From NCBI GenBank assembly GCA_050946275.1, contig JBMNUM010000010.1, forward strand, positions 1,677 to 65,676: 64,000 nucleotides of DNA. Direction: 5' to 3'. The stretch's first letter is position 1; each line of letters begins with the position of its first letter. The DNA comes from Coriobacteriales bacterium. Lineage in GTDB: Bacteria; Actinomycetota; Coriobacteriia; Coriobacteriales; CADBOM01. Under the pieces are notes generated by a model that did not search any database, was not told the origin of the DNA, and saw nothing but the letters and a program-made list of their open reading frames with translations. Shown here in pieces: positions 23,569-30,853 of the stretch. The position numbers and the translations under genes were made by a program.

Positions 23569-24339
23569 CTACTCGCCGGACAGACGGTCGTGGATGATCT
23601 TGAGGCCGTCGAGGGTGAGCATCTTGTCGCAGTGGTCGATCGTGCGCGAGATGGGCGCGATGATCGAGTGCAGGCCGCCCGTGGCGATGACCGTGGCATC
23701 GTATCCCAGCTCGGCCTTGATGCGCTCGACGAGACCGTCGATGCGCTCGACCTCGCCGTAGGTGAGTCCGGCTTGCACCGCCTCGACCGTGCTCTGGCCG
23801 ATCACATGTTCCGGCACCTCCACATCCACCTGCGCGAGTCGCGCGGCGGAGGCGAACAGCGCGTTGGCCGAGACGTACACGCCCGGTGCGATCACGCCGC
23901 CGAGGAAGGCGCCATCCGCATCGATGACCTCGATGTTGGTCGCCGTGCCGAGGTCGACGACGATTGCCGGCGCCCCGTATTTCGCGACGACTGCGATGGC
24001 GTCTGCGATGCGGTCGGGGCCGATCTCGCGCGGGTTGCGGTACTTGATCGGCAGCCCGTAATCCTCGCGGGCCGTGACGATATGCGGCTCATGGCCGATG
24101 AGGCGGCGGATCGCCACCTGCCACGAGAGCGTCAGCACGGGCACGACGCTCGAGATGATGGCGTCGGCGATGTGGTCGATGAGGCTGCTCTCGAGGTTGA
24201 GAAGGCCGTGCAGCTGCACGACGACCTCGTCCGCCGTGGCGTCCTTGTTGCTGGCGACGCGCCAGGACGCGCGCAGCTCGTCGCCGTCGTAGATGCCGAT
24301 CACGGTCTGGGTGTTGCCGATATCGATTGCCAACAGCAT
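23569..24339 (-). CDS. coaX: Type III pantothenate kinase
   Basis: MLLAIDIGNTQTV start, VDLGTAT and ATGG motifs, 256 aa. Confidence 0.9.
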   Translation of the reverse strand: MLLAIDIGNTQTVIGIYDGDELRASWRVASNKDATADEVVVQLHGLLNLESSLIDHIADAIISSVVPVLTLSWQVAIRRLIGHEPHIVTAREDYGLPIKYRNPREIGPDRIADAIAVVAKYGAPAIVVDLGTATNIEVIDADGAFLGGVIAPGVYVSANALFASAARLAQVDVEVPEHVIGQSTVEAVQAGLTYGEVERIDGLVERIKAELGYDATVIATGGLHSIIAPISRTIDHCDKMLTLDGLKIIHDRLSGE

Positions 24340-24411
24340 GGTTCGCCTCCCGTCTCGCTGCGAGAAGTGTAGCAGATGGCAGCCTCGCGGCTTGCGTGGC
24401 AGCCTTGCGTT

Positions 24412-25944
24412 TTACGCCTTGGCTTCCTCCGCCTTGCGCCCGCCGCGCTTCTTGCCGGCACCCGATCCCCAGTTCACGTCCTCGCCGGCCTCCTGCGCGC
24501 GGACGACCGCGCCCAGGCGACGGAACTCGATGATGGTGAACGTGCCCGCGAGCAGGAACGACAGGAAGTCGGCGACGGGTGGGCCGAGGATGAGGCCGTG
24601 CAGCTGCTCGAGGCTCGGGATGAATGCGCCCACGAAGACCGGCAATGCGAAGTAGAGCGGGATGAGGAAGATGAACTGGCGCGTGAGCGACAGGATGATC
24701 GAGCGCGTCGGTCGGCCCGTCGCCTGGTAGTACTGGGCGATGACGATTTGCACCACCATGAGCGGCATGAGAATCGTCTGCATGCGCAGGGCGGTCACGC
24801 AGAAGGCGAGCAGGTCGCCTTGGATGCCGAACGCCGTGCAGATCGGCGCTGTGAACACCTCGATGACCACCCACATCACGAGGCAGATGATGATGCCGAC
24901 GATGAGCTGCAGACGCAGCGTCTTGCGCACGCGATGGGCGATGCGCGCGCCATAGCAGTAGCCGAGGATGGGTTGGCCGGCGATCACGATGCCCATGACG
25001 GGGAACATCACGAACAGCGCCACGCGCTGGATGACGGCGAAGATCGCGAAGGCGCCCGTGTCGCCGATGGAGCTGATCGAGCCGTAGATCACGGTCTGGT
25101 TGTTGAGCACGAACGACATGATGGCCGTAGCGAACTGCGTGAAGAAAGACGCGGATCCAAGAGCGAGGATGCGAAGCGGTGTCTTCGACCGGAAGGGGAG
25201 GTTGGTGCGCTTGAGCTTGAAGGGGCTCTTCTTGCTGAGCACGAAATAGTGGACGACGCTGAAGCACGAGACGGCTTGTCCGAGCACGGTCGCGGCCGCC
25301 TGCCCGGGGACGCCCCAGCCGAGCACGATGACGAACAGGTAGCTGAGCACCGTGCACGCGATCGCGCCGATGGCGAGCGTCCATAGCGCGCGACGCGGGT
25401 CGCCGGCCGTGCGGATGAAGTTGTTCACGCCGAAGCCGATGATCTGGAAGATCGAGCCGAGCGAGAGAATCTGCAGGAACGTGCGCGCGAGGTCGTGCGT
25501 CTCCTCTGTGGCTCCCGATATGGCCAGGATCGGATCGGGGAACACGAACGCGACGAACACCGTTAGCGCCCAGGCGATGAGCGCGAGCAGCACCGTGTTG
25601 CCGAGCACGCGCTCGGCCTCGGGCTTGTTGCCCTCGCCGAGGCGGATGGCCGCCAGCGCGTTGCCGCCGTTGCCGACGAGCATGCCGAGCGACATGAAGA
25701 AGATCATCATCGGGTTGGCCACGGTCGCCACGGCCAGGCCCACGTCGCCTGCGCCCCAGCCGAGGAACACCGCGGTCAGGATGTTGTACAGGCCGTTGAT
25801 GATGAGGCCGGCGATGGCCGGGATGCCGAACTCGAACAGCAGCTTGCCGATGCGCTCCGTTCCCAGGCGGTTGAACTGCGCGTCGGTCCCCTTGATGCTC
25901 TTGCGGTCGCCCTGTTGCTGGATATGTGCCTGCTCTTCGGTCAA
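24412..25944 (-). CDS. MATE family efflux transporter
   Basis: 510 aa with about 12 TM segments. N-terminal GKLLFEFGIPAIAGLIINGLYNI pattern typical of MATE. Charged C-terminal tail. Confidence 0.85.
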   Translation of the reverse strand: MTEEQAHIQQQGDRKSIKGTDAQFNRLGTERIGKLLFEFGIPAIAGLIINGLYNILTAVFLGWGAGDVGLAVATVANPMMIFFMSLGMLVGNGGNALAAIRLGEGNKPEAERVLGNTVLLALIAWALTVFVAFVFPDPILAISGATEETHDLARTFLQILSLGSIFQIIGFGVNNFIRTAGDPRRALWTLAIGAIACTVLSYLFVIVLGWGVPGQAAATVLGQAVSCFSVVHYFVLSKKSPFKLKRTNLPFRSKTPLRILALGSASFFTQFATAIMSFVLNNQTVIYGSISSIGDTGAFAIFAVIQRVALFVMFPVMGIVIAGQPILGYCYGARIAHRVRKTLRLQLIVGIIICLVMWVVIEVFTAPICTAFGIQGDLLAFCVTALRMQTILMPLMVVQIVIAQYYQATGRPTRSIILSLTRQFIFLIPLYFALPVFVGAFIPSLEQLHGLILGPPVADFLSFLLAGTFTIIEFRRLGAVVRAQEAGEDVNWGSGAGKKRGGRKAEEAKA

Positions 25945-26050
25945 GCCGTCGTCCTCTGTCTCCGATAAAGGTGTGCAGTAATGAACTTAGCAAGAGGGGA
26001 GGAGCGAATAAAGGAACAGCACGTAAGCGGGGAGAACAATACGCAAGAAG

Positions 26051-26107
26051 CAAGAAAGGCCGCCTGATGCGGCGGCCGTTGCTCTCTTGGTGGGCCCAGC
26101 AGGATTC
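26051..26107. repeat. Direct-repeat copy 1: duplicated tRNA terminator hairpin plus the last 20 nt of the tRNA-CAU gene
   Basis: 56 of 57 nt identical to 26233-26289. It ends exactly inside the tRNA T-arm sequence (…tggtgggcccagcaggattc). Confidence 0.85.
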
Positions 26108-26232
26108 CCGCTTGCTGCGCAAGCTGACGGGGGTGCGCTAAAGCGCCCCCGTTCTCGCTGAAAACGTGCTGCTGGCATGTTTTCCGGGCGCTCGAACCCT
26201 TTTAGGTTCGAATCCATGCGGCTTCTTGGCAA

Positions 26233-26289
26233 CAAGAAAGGCCGCCTGATGAGGCGGCCGTTGCTCTCTTGGTGGGCCCAGCAGGATTC
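26233..26289. repeat. Direct-repeat copy 2, overlapping the 3' end of the intact tRNA and its terminator
   Basis: See copy 1. Contains the hairpin GGCCGCC-tcatca-GGCGGCC followed by TTTCTTGTT when read on the minus strand. Confidence 0.85.
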
Positions 26290-26345
26290 GAACCTGCAAC
26301 CAAGGGATTATGAGTCCCCTGCGCTGACCATTGCGCCATGGGCCC
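26270..26345 (-). tRNA. tRNA with CAU anticodon (elongator Met, or Ile2 if lysidine-modified)
   Basis: The reverse complement GGGCCCATGGCGCAATGGTCAGCGCAGGGGACTCATAATCCCTTGGTTGCAGGTTCGAATCCTGCTGGGCCCACCA folds as a 76-nt cloverleaf. G1-C72 is paired and the anticodon stem does not end in three G-C pairs, so it is not an initiator. Confidence 0.9.
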
Positions 26346-26495
26346 GTTGCAATTTGTGATTCTAGCAGATTGGCGGCGATGGCCGATGGGGTATCTGGCC
26401 TGCATCATCGAGGGTCGAGGAGCGGGCCATCGCCAGGGGACCGCGTGACAAAGTTTGTTTTGCCGACCATTATTGTCAAATATCTATGTTCCTGA

Positions 26496-26524
26496 TTGAC
26501 ATGATATTTATTCAAGAATAATAT
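26496..26524 (+). promoter_or_regulatory. Sigma-70-type promoter for modA
   Basis: TTGACA-N17-TAATAT in an AT-rich patch. The 11-bp palindrome GAATAATATTC (26516-26526) overlaps the -10. Confidence 0.5.
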
Positions 26525-26581
26525 TCGTTCATGGTTTCGAGAAGGAGCAGATTTACCAACTAGCAGAAGGGATGGATTCGC

Positions 26582-27502
26582 ATGAAGAAGAACCTGAAGT
26601 GGCTCATGACGATCGTCGCCTCCGCGGCGATTGTGAGCGCGTTCGCTCTCGCCGGCTGCAGCGGCGGTGGAGAGCAGGCCCCGGCCGAGGATGCGGCCGC
26701 CGATGCCGCCGCGGCTCCCGCCGATGGCGTCCAGCTGCAGGTGTTCGCCGCCAACTCGCTGTCGAAGGCGATGGACGAGGCCCAGGCGCTCTACACGGAG
26801 CAGACCGGCGTGACGTTCGCCGACACCCAGTACCTCAGCTCCGGCGACCTGAATGCCGAGCTCGAGGCCGGCGCGTATGCCGACATCGAGATCACGGCTT
26901 CCAACAAGACGATGGACGATGCCGAGGAGGCCGGCTACATCGATCCGGCTACCCGCATCACGATGTTCAAGAACGACCTCGTCATGGTGACGTCCGCCGA
27001 TAACGCCGACATCACCGAGGTCACCCTCGACGACATCGCCACCGGTCAGTACACCGTGGCCATCGGCGACGACAGCGTCCCGGCCGGCAACTATGCCAAC
27101 CAGGCCCTCTCGACCGTCGGCTGCTTCAACGATCCCGAAGGTGCCGTGGGCGCCGATAGCACGGGCAAGGCCGGCGACGCCGGTGACGCCGCCGCCTACG
27201 CGGGCACCCCGCTCGAGGGCAAGTACACGCTGGCCGATAGCGTCGGCAACGTCTGCTCGCTCGCCGAGACCGGCGATGTCGACATCGCCTTCGTCTACAC
27301 CTCCGACGTCGAGCGCTTCGGCGGCGTGAAGGTCGTCGGCACCGTTCCGGCCGATACGCACAAGAACATCACCTATCCGGGTGCCGTCTGCGCGCAGAGC
27401 AAGAACGCCGAGGCCGCCCAGGCATTCATCGACTGGTGCATGACCGACGCCGGCGCTGCCGAGATCTGGCAGAAGTGGGCATTCGAGCTGGCTTCCGAGT
27501 AA
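26582..27502 (+). CDS. modA: Molybdate/tungstate ABC transporter substrate-binding lipoprotein
   Basis: Signal peptide with an LAGC lipobox. VFAANSL...LSSGDL...NDLVMV pattern of the ModA family. Confidence 0.85.
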   Translation: MKKNLKWLMTIVASAAIVSAFALAGCSGGGEQAPAEDAAADAAAAPADGVQLQVFAANSLSKAMDEAQALYTEQTGVTFADTQYLSSGDLNAELEAGAYADIEITASNKTMDDAEEAGYIDPATRITMFKNDLVMVTSADNADITEVTLDDIATGQYTVAIGDDSVPAGNYANQALSTVGCFNDPEGAVGADSTGKAGDAGDAAAYAGTPLEGKYTLADSVGNVCSLAETGDVDIAFVYTSDVERFGGVKVVGTVPADTHKNITYPGAVCAQSKNAEAAQAFIDWCMTDAGAAEIWQKWAFELASE

Positions 27503-27530
27503 GCGAAGCTCCGATAACCGCGAACGAGAC

Positions 27531-27565
27531 GCGGCCGCAGCGAACATGCTGCGGCCGCGTTTGCA
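27531..27565 (+). terminator. Terminator after modA
   Basis: GCGGCCGCAG-cgaacat-CTGCGGCCGC followed by GTTTGC. Confidence 0.65.
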
Positions 27566-27580
27566 TTTGGGAGCGGATTG

Positions 27581-27615
27581 GAATGAGTCAAAGGACAGCC
27601 ATCCGACTCATTTGC
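27581..27615. repeat. REP-like palindrome family 2
   Basis: GAATGAGTCAAAGGACAGCCATCCGACTCATTTGC. The flank GCGAGCCG is shared with the copy at 52411. Confidence 0.7.
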
Positions 27616-27627
27616 GAGCCGTTTTCC

Positions 27628-28740
27628 CTACTTGCAGACGAAGTGAATCCGGTATGCGGGGATGCGGATGAGCAGCTCGTCGCCGACGCGGGGGAGGGTC
27701 GACGCGTCCTCCTGTAGCAGGCTCAGGCGCCAGAACAGATGCTGGTGGAGATATTTCATCGCGGCCTCGTCGGAAGAAGCCGCCGGCTCGGCTTGCTCGG
27801 AGCGATCGAGGAAGCGCAGGAGCGCCATGATCTCGAAGCGCGATTCGGTGATGCGGTCGACGCGGACGCGGAAGACGTTCGGCCCCGGCTCCGTGGCGCG
27901 TTCGATGTGGAACGCGCGGGCACCGGCCGCCTTCAGATCGTCGGGCAGATCCTCGTCCGACTCCAGCGTCACGCCCCAGCGCGGACAGTATGCGCTCCTC
28001 GGTCCTATCTTCTGCGCGGCGGTGGCGTTCTTGCAGCCCGAGAGGCGCAGCCCCGCCATGCTCTGCGGGTCGTCGATGATGCTGCGCGCCTCGCTGTACT
28101 CCATGATCCGGCCGTTGTCAACGACGGCGATGCGGTCGCAGAAGCTCAGGGCCTCATCGATGTCGTGGCTCACGTAGAGTATCGTTCCCTCGAAGGCGTC
28201 GAAGAGGTTCGCGAGGTTCTGCTCGAGCATGCCCTTGAGATGCGAGTCGAGCGCCGAGAAAGGCTCGTCGAGCATGAGGATGCCCGGCTGCGCGGCGAGC
28301 ATGCGGGCGAGCGCCACGCGCTGCTGCTGGCCTCCGGAGAGCTGCGCCGGGTAGCGCTTGGCGAAGAAGTCGACGTCGAAGCGCTTGAGCTCGCGGTCGA
28401 TGATCGCGCGGCGCTGCTCCGCGGGGAGCTTGCGCGGGATACCCGCGGCCACGTTGTCCTCGACGGTGAGGTTGGGGAACAGCATGTAGTTCTGGAACAG
28501 CAGGGCCGTCTTGCGCTCCTGCGGCTTGAGGTTGATTCCCGCCGCCGAGTCGTAGAACACGCGGTCGTTGACGACGATGCGGCCCTCGTCGGGCGTCTCG
28601 ATGCCCGCTATGCAGCGCATCGTCAGAGACTTGCCGCATCCCGAGGCGCCGAGCAGGCCGACGACCTCGGCTCCCGCGTCGAATGCCATCTCGAGCGTGA
28701 AGTCGCCGTAGCTCTTGCGGATGTCCACGTGCAGGCTCAT
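27628..28740 (-). CDS. modC: ABC transporter ATP-binding protein (ModC-like, with a C-terminal regulatory domain)
   Basis: Walker A GASGCGKS, signature LSGGQQQRV, Walker B ILMLDEP. About 130 extra C-terminal residues. Confidence 0.85.
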   Translation of the reverse strand: MSLHVDIRKSYGDFTLEMAFDAGAEVVGLLGASGCGKSLTMRCIAGIETPDEGRIVVNDRVFYDSAAGINLKPQERKTALLFQNYMLFPNLTVEDNVAAGIPRKLPAEQRRAIIDRELKRFDVDFFAKRYPAQLSGGQQQRVALARMLAAQPGILMLDEPFSALDSHLKGMLEQNLANLFDAFEGTILYVSHDIDEALSFCDRIAVVDNGRIMEYSEARSIIDDPQSMAGLRLSGCKNATAAQKIGPRSAYCPRWGVTLESDEDLPDDLKAAGARAFHIERATEPGPNVFRVRVDRITESRFEIMALLRFLDRSEQAEPAASSDEAAMKYLHQHLFWRLSLLQEDASTLPRVGDELLIRIPAYRIHFVCK

Positions 28741-30173
28741 CGGGTCTCAACGTCCTTCCTGCGATAGCGCGTCGTCCTGCGGTCCCACAGATTGATGAAC
28801 AGGATAACGATGAAGCTGAAGACGATGATGACGAGCGTCCAGAAGATGGCCAGGTCCGTGCGGCCGATCTTCCAATAGAAGTAGATGGAGATGGGGATCG
28901 TCCTCGTGATGCCCGCGTAGTTGCCGGCGAGGAACAGCGTCGCGCCGTACTCGCCGAGGGCTCGCGCGAACGAGAGCACCGTGCCGGCTGCGATGGAGCT
29001 CCAAGCCAGTGGGAGCATGATCTTGAAGAAGATCCGGCTCTCCTTCCAGCCAAGCGTGCGCGCCGCGTCCATCATGTTGGGGTCGAGGTTCTCGAAGGCG
29101 CCGCGCGCGTTGCGGTACATGAGCGGGAAGGCCACGACCACGGCCGCGATGACGGTGGCCGGCCAGCTGAAGACGAGCGGGAACCCGACGCTGTTGAACC
29201 ACTGCCCGAGCGCCGTGTTGTTGCCGAGCAGGAGCAGCAGCAAAAAACCGCAGACCGTCGGCGGCAGCACCATCGGGATCGTGAACAGCGTGTCGAGCAG
29301 ATCGCGCACGCGCGCCGAGGCGCGCAACGTGAGGTAGGCGGCGGCGAGTCCGAGGATGAAGATGAGGACGATGGCCGTCAGCGATGTCTTGAGCGTGACG
29401 ATGAGCGGCGACCAGTCGAGCGTTGCGAAGAACCCGCCGATCTTCTCGCCTGTCGTCGGCTCGCCCACGATCGCGGCGTCGCCAGCGCCCACGAGCTCGG
29501 CGAAGCCCGCATGCGTGAGCGTCACGGCGTTGTCGCTCCCAGTCTCGGTGACGTCGCTTCCATCGCGGCCGATCACGCAATCGTAGCTGCGCCCGTCGGG
29601 CAGGTTACGGCCGAAGGAGTAGATGACGCCGTCGATCTCGATGGCCTCCTCCTCGGTGAAGTACCAGGTGGTGTCCGCGGCCAGCCCCCGGTTGCCGTGC
29701 GTGGTGACCTCGTCGATCGCCTGCAGCAGCGCGGTGAGATCGGCCTCATCGGTCTCGTCGCCGATCTTGATACCGAGCCGGTCGGCCGCCTTGGGCGAGA
29801 CGTAGACCACCATCGTGTCGGTGGTGGCGATGTACATGATGTCGGTGGGCTTGGTGCCGATGAGGTACGAGTACCCGTAGTAGTCGCCGTCGATGGTCTT
29901 GTTCGAGCCGGCGTTCGCGCGGTTGAAGTTCTGGAGTCCGAAGGAGCAGCCGTCCAGGACCACGGCAGCCTCGTCGTAGGAGACGGTCGCGCCCTCGACC
30001 GTGGTCTCCACCGGGCTGCCGCCCTCTGCCTGGAGCGCGGCCTCCTCGGTGGGGTCTTCGCCCATGACCTCCTGCGCGCCGTCCGCAATCTGCGTGTCGG
30101 CCCATGCGCCGATCGGCATGCACACCGTGCATGCGACGACGATCATGAATATGCAGGCGAGTCGTTTAAGCAA
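28737..30173 (-). CDS. modB: ModB-type ABC permease fused to a ~250-aa N-terminal extracytoplasmic domain of unknown function
   Basis: The C-terminal ~225 aa is a ModB-like permease (PMVLPPTV, DAARTLG...FFKIMLP EAA loop). The N-terminus has a signal/anchor (MLKRLACIFMIVVACTVCMPIGAWA) followed by a soluble domain. The ORF is continuous with no internal stop. Confidence 0.8.
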   Translation of the reverse strand: MLKRLACIFMIVVACTVCMPIGAWADTQIADGAQEVMGEDPTEEAALQAEGGSPVETTVEGATVSYDEAAVVLDGCSFGLQNFNRANAGSNKTIDGDYYGYSYLIGTKPTDIMYIATTDTMVVYVSPKAADRLGIKIGDETDEADLTALLQAIDEVTTHGNRGLAADTTWYFTEEEAIEIDGVIYSFGRNLPDGRSYDCVIGRDGSDVTETGSDNAVTLTHAGFAELVGAGDAAIVGEPTTGEKIGGFFATLDWSPLIVTLKTSLTAIVLIFILGLAAAYLTLRASARVRDLLDTLFTIPMVLPPTVCGFLLLLLLGNNTALGQWFNSVGFPLVFSWPATVIAAVVVAFPLMYRNARGAFENLDPNMMDAARTLGWKESRIFFKIMLPLAWSSIAAGTVLSFARALGEYGATLFLAGNYAGITRTIPISIYFYWKIGRTDLAIFWTLVIIVFSFIVILFINLWDRRTTRYRRKDVETR

Positions 30174-30326
30174 GCGATTCTCCCGGGTGGTTTCCGTAGC
30201 TGCTTGATTTTAGCCCGTTAGCTCTTGATGCTCAATCAAAAATAGATGCAAATCAGGCGAATGCGGGCAAATCGCGTGAGACGAGAGCAGGACGGGCCGG
30301 GGCTGCCCCGGTTCTGGCCCGAAGCC

Positions 30327-30400
30327 GAATGGGTCGAGAGAGGACCGTCCCGATTTGACTCATGAGTCGAAAGAGGACCGTCCTTATCTGACTCATGCGC
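30327..30400. repeat. Two abutting REP-like family 2 units
   Basis: GAATGGGTCGAGAGAGGACCGTCCCGATTTGACTCATG joined to GAGTCGAAAGAGGACCGTCCTTATCTGACTCATGCGC. Confidence 0.75.
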
Positions 30401-30461
30401 GCGTCCGCATGGTGTAGGATGTAACCAGGTATGTACGACTGGCTGGAGCAAGGAGGTTCCC

Positions 30462-30815
30462 ATGCCCGATTTCAACGACATTCTCGACAAGGCCGGCGAC
30501 ATCGCCGCAGCCGCGAAGGACAAGGCCGAAGACATCATCGAGGACGCGAAGCCCGTCGTCGCCGATGCGGCGGAGGCCATCAAGGACAAGGCCGCTGACA
30601 TCGCCGAGGATGCCAAGCCCGTGCTCAAGCAGGTCGGCGCCGCCATCAAGGATAAGGCCGCGGATCTCGCCGAGGACGCGAAGCCCGTTGCCGCCAAGGC
30701 AGCCGAGACCCTCAAGGACAAGGCCGGAGATGCTGCCGAGGCAGTGAAGAACAAGGCCGAGGAGGTCACCGGCAAGGACCTCGACCGCGACGGCAAGATC
30801 GGCAAGGGCGAGTAA
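30462..30815 (+). CDS. Small repeat protein, LEA/apolipoprotein-like amphipathic repeats
   Basis: 117 aa. Three ~22-aa repeats A(I/A)KDKAxD(I/L)xEDAKPV. ATG follows AAGGAGG. Confidence 0.7.
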   Translation: MPDFNDILDKAGDIAAAAKDKAEDIIEDAKPVVADAAEAIKDKAADIAEDAKPVLKQVGAAIKDKAADLAEDAKPVAAKAAETLKDKAGDAAEAVKNKAEEVTGKDLDRDGKIGKGE

Positions 30816-30853
30816 CCCACATAGCAAGCAGGCGTTAAGAGCTGGGGGATTGC

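Noticed and set aside
26190-26232. GGTTCGAATCC T-loop-like string suggesting another tRNA between the direct repeats.
   Set aside because: The flanking bases cannot form a T-stem (TTAGG versus CCATG gives only 2-3 pairs). No acceptor or anticodon arms can be drawn on either strand. At most it is tRNA-derived debris.
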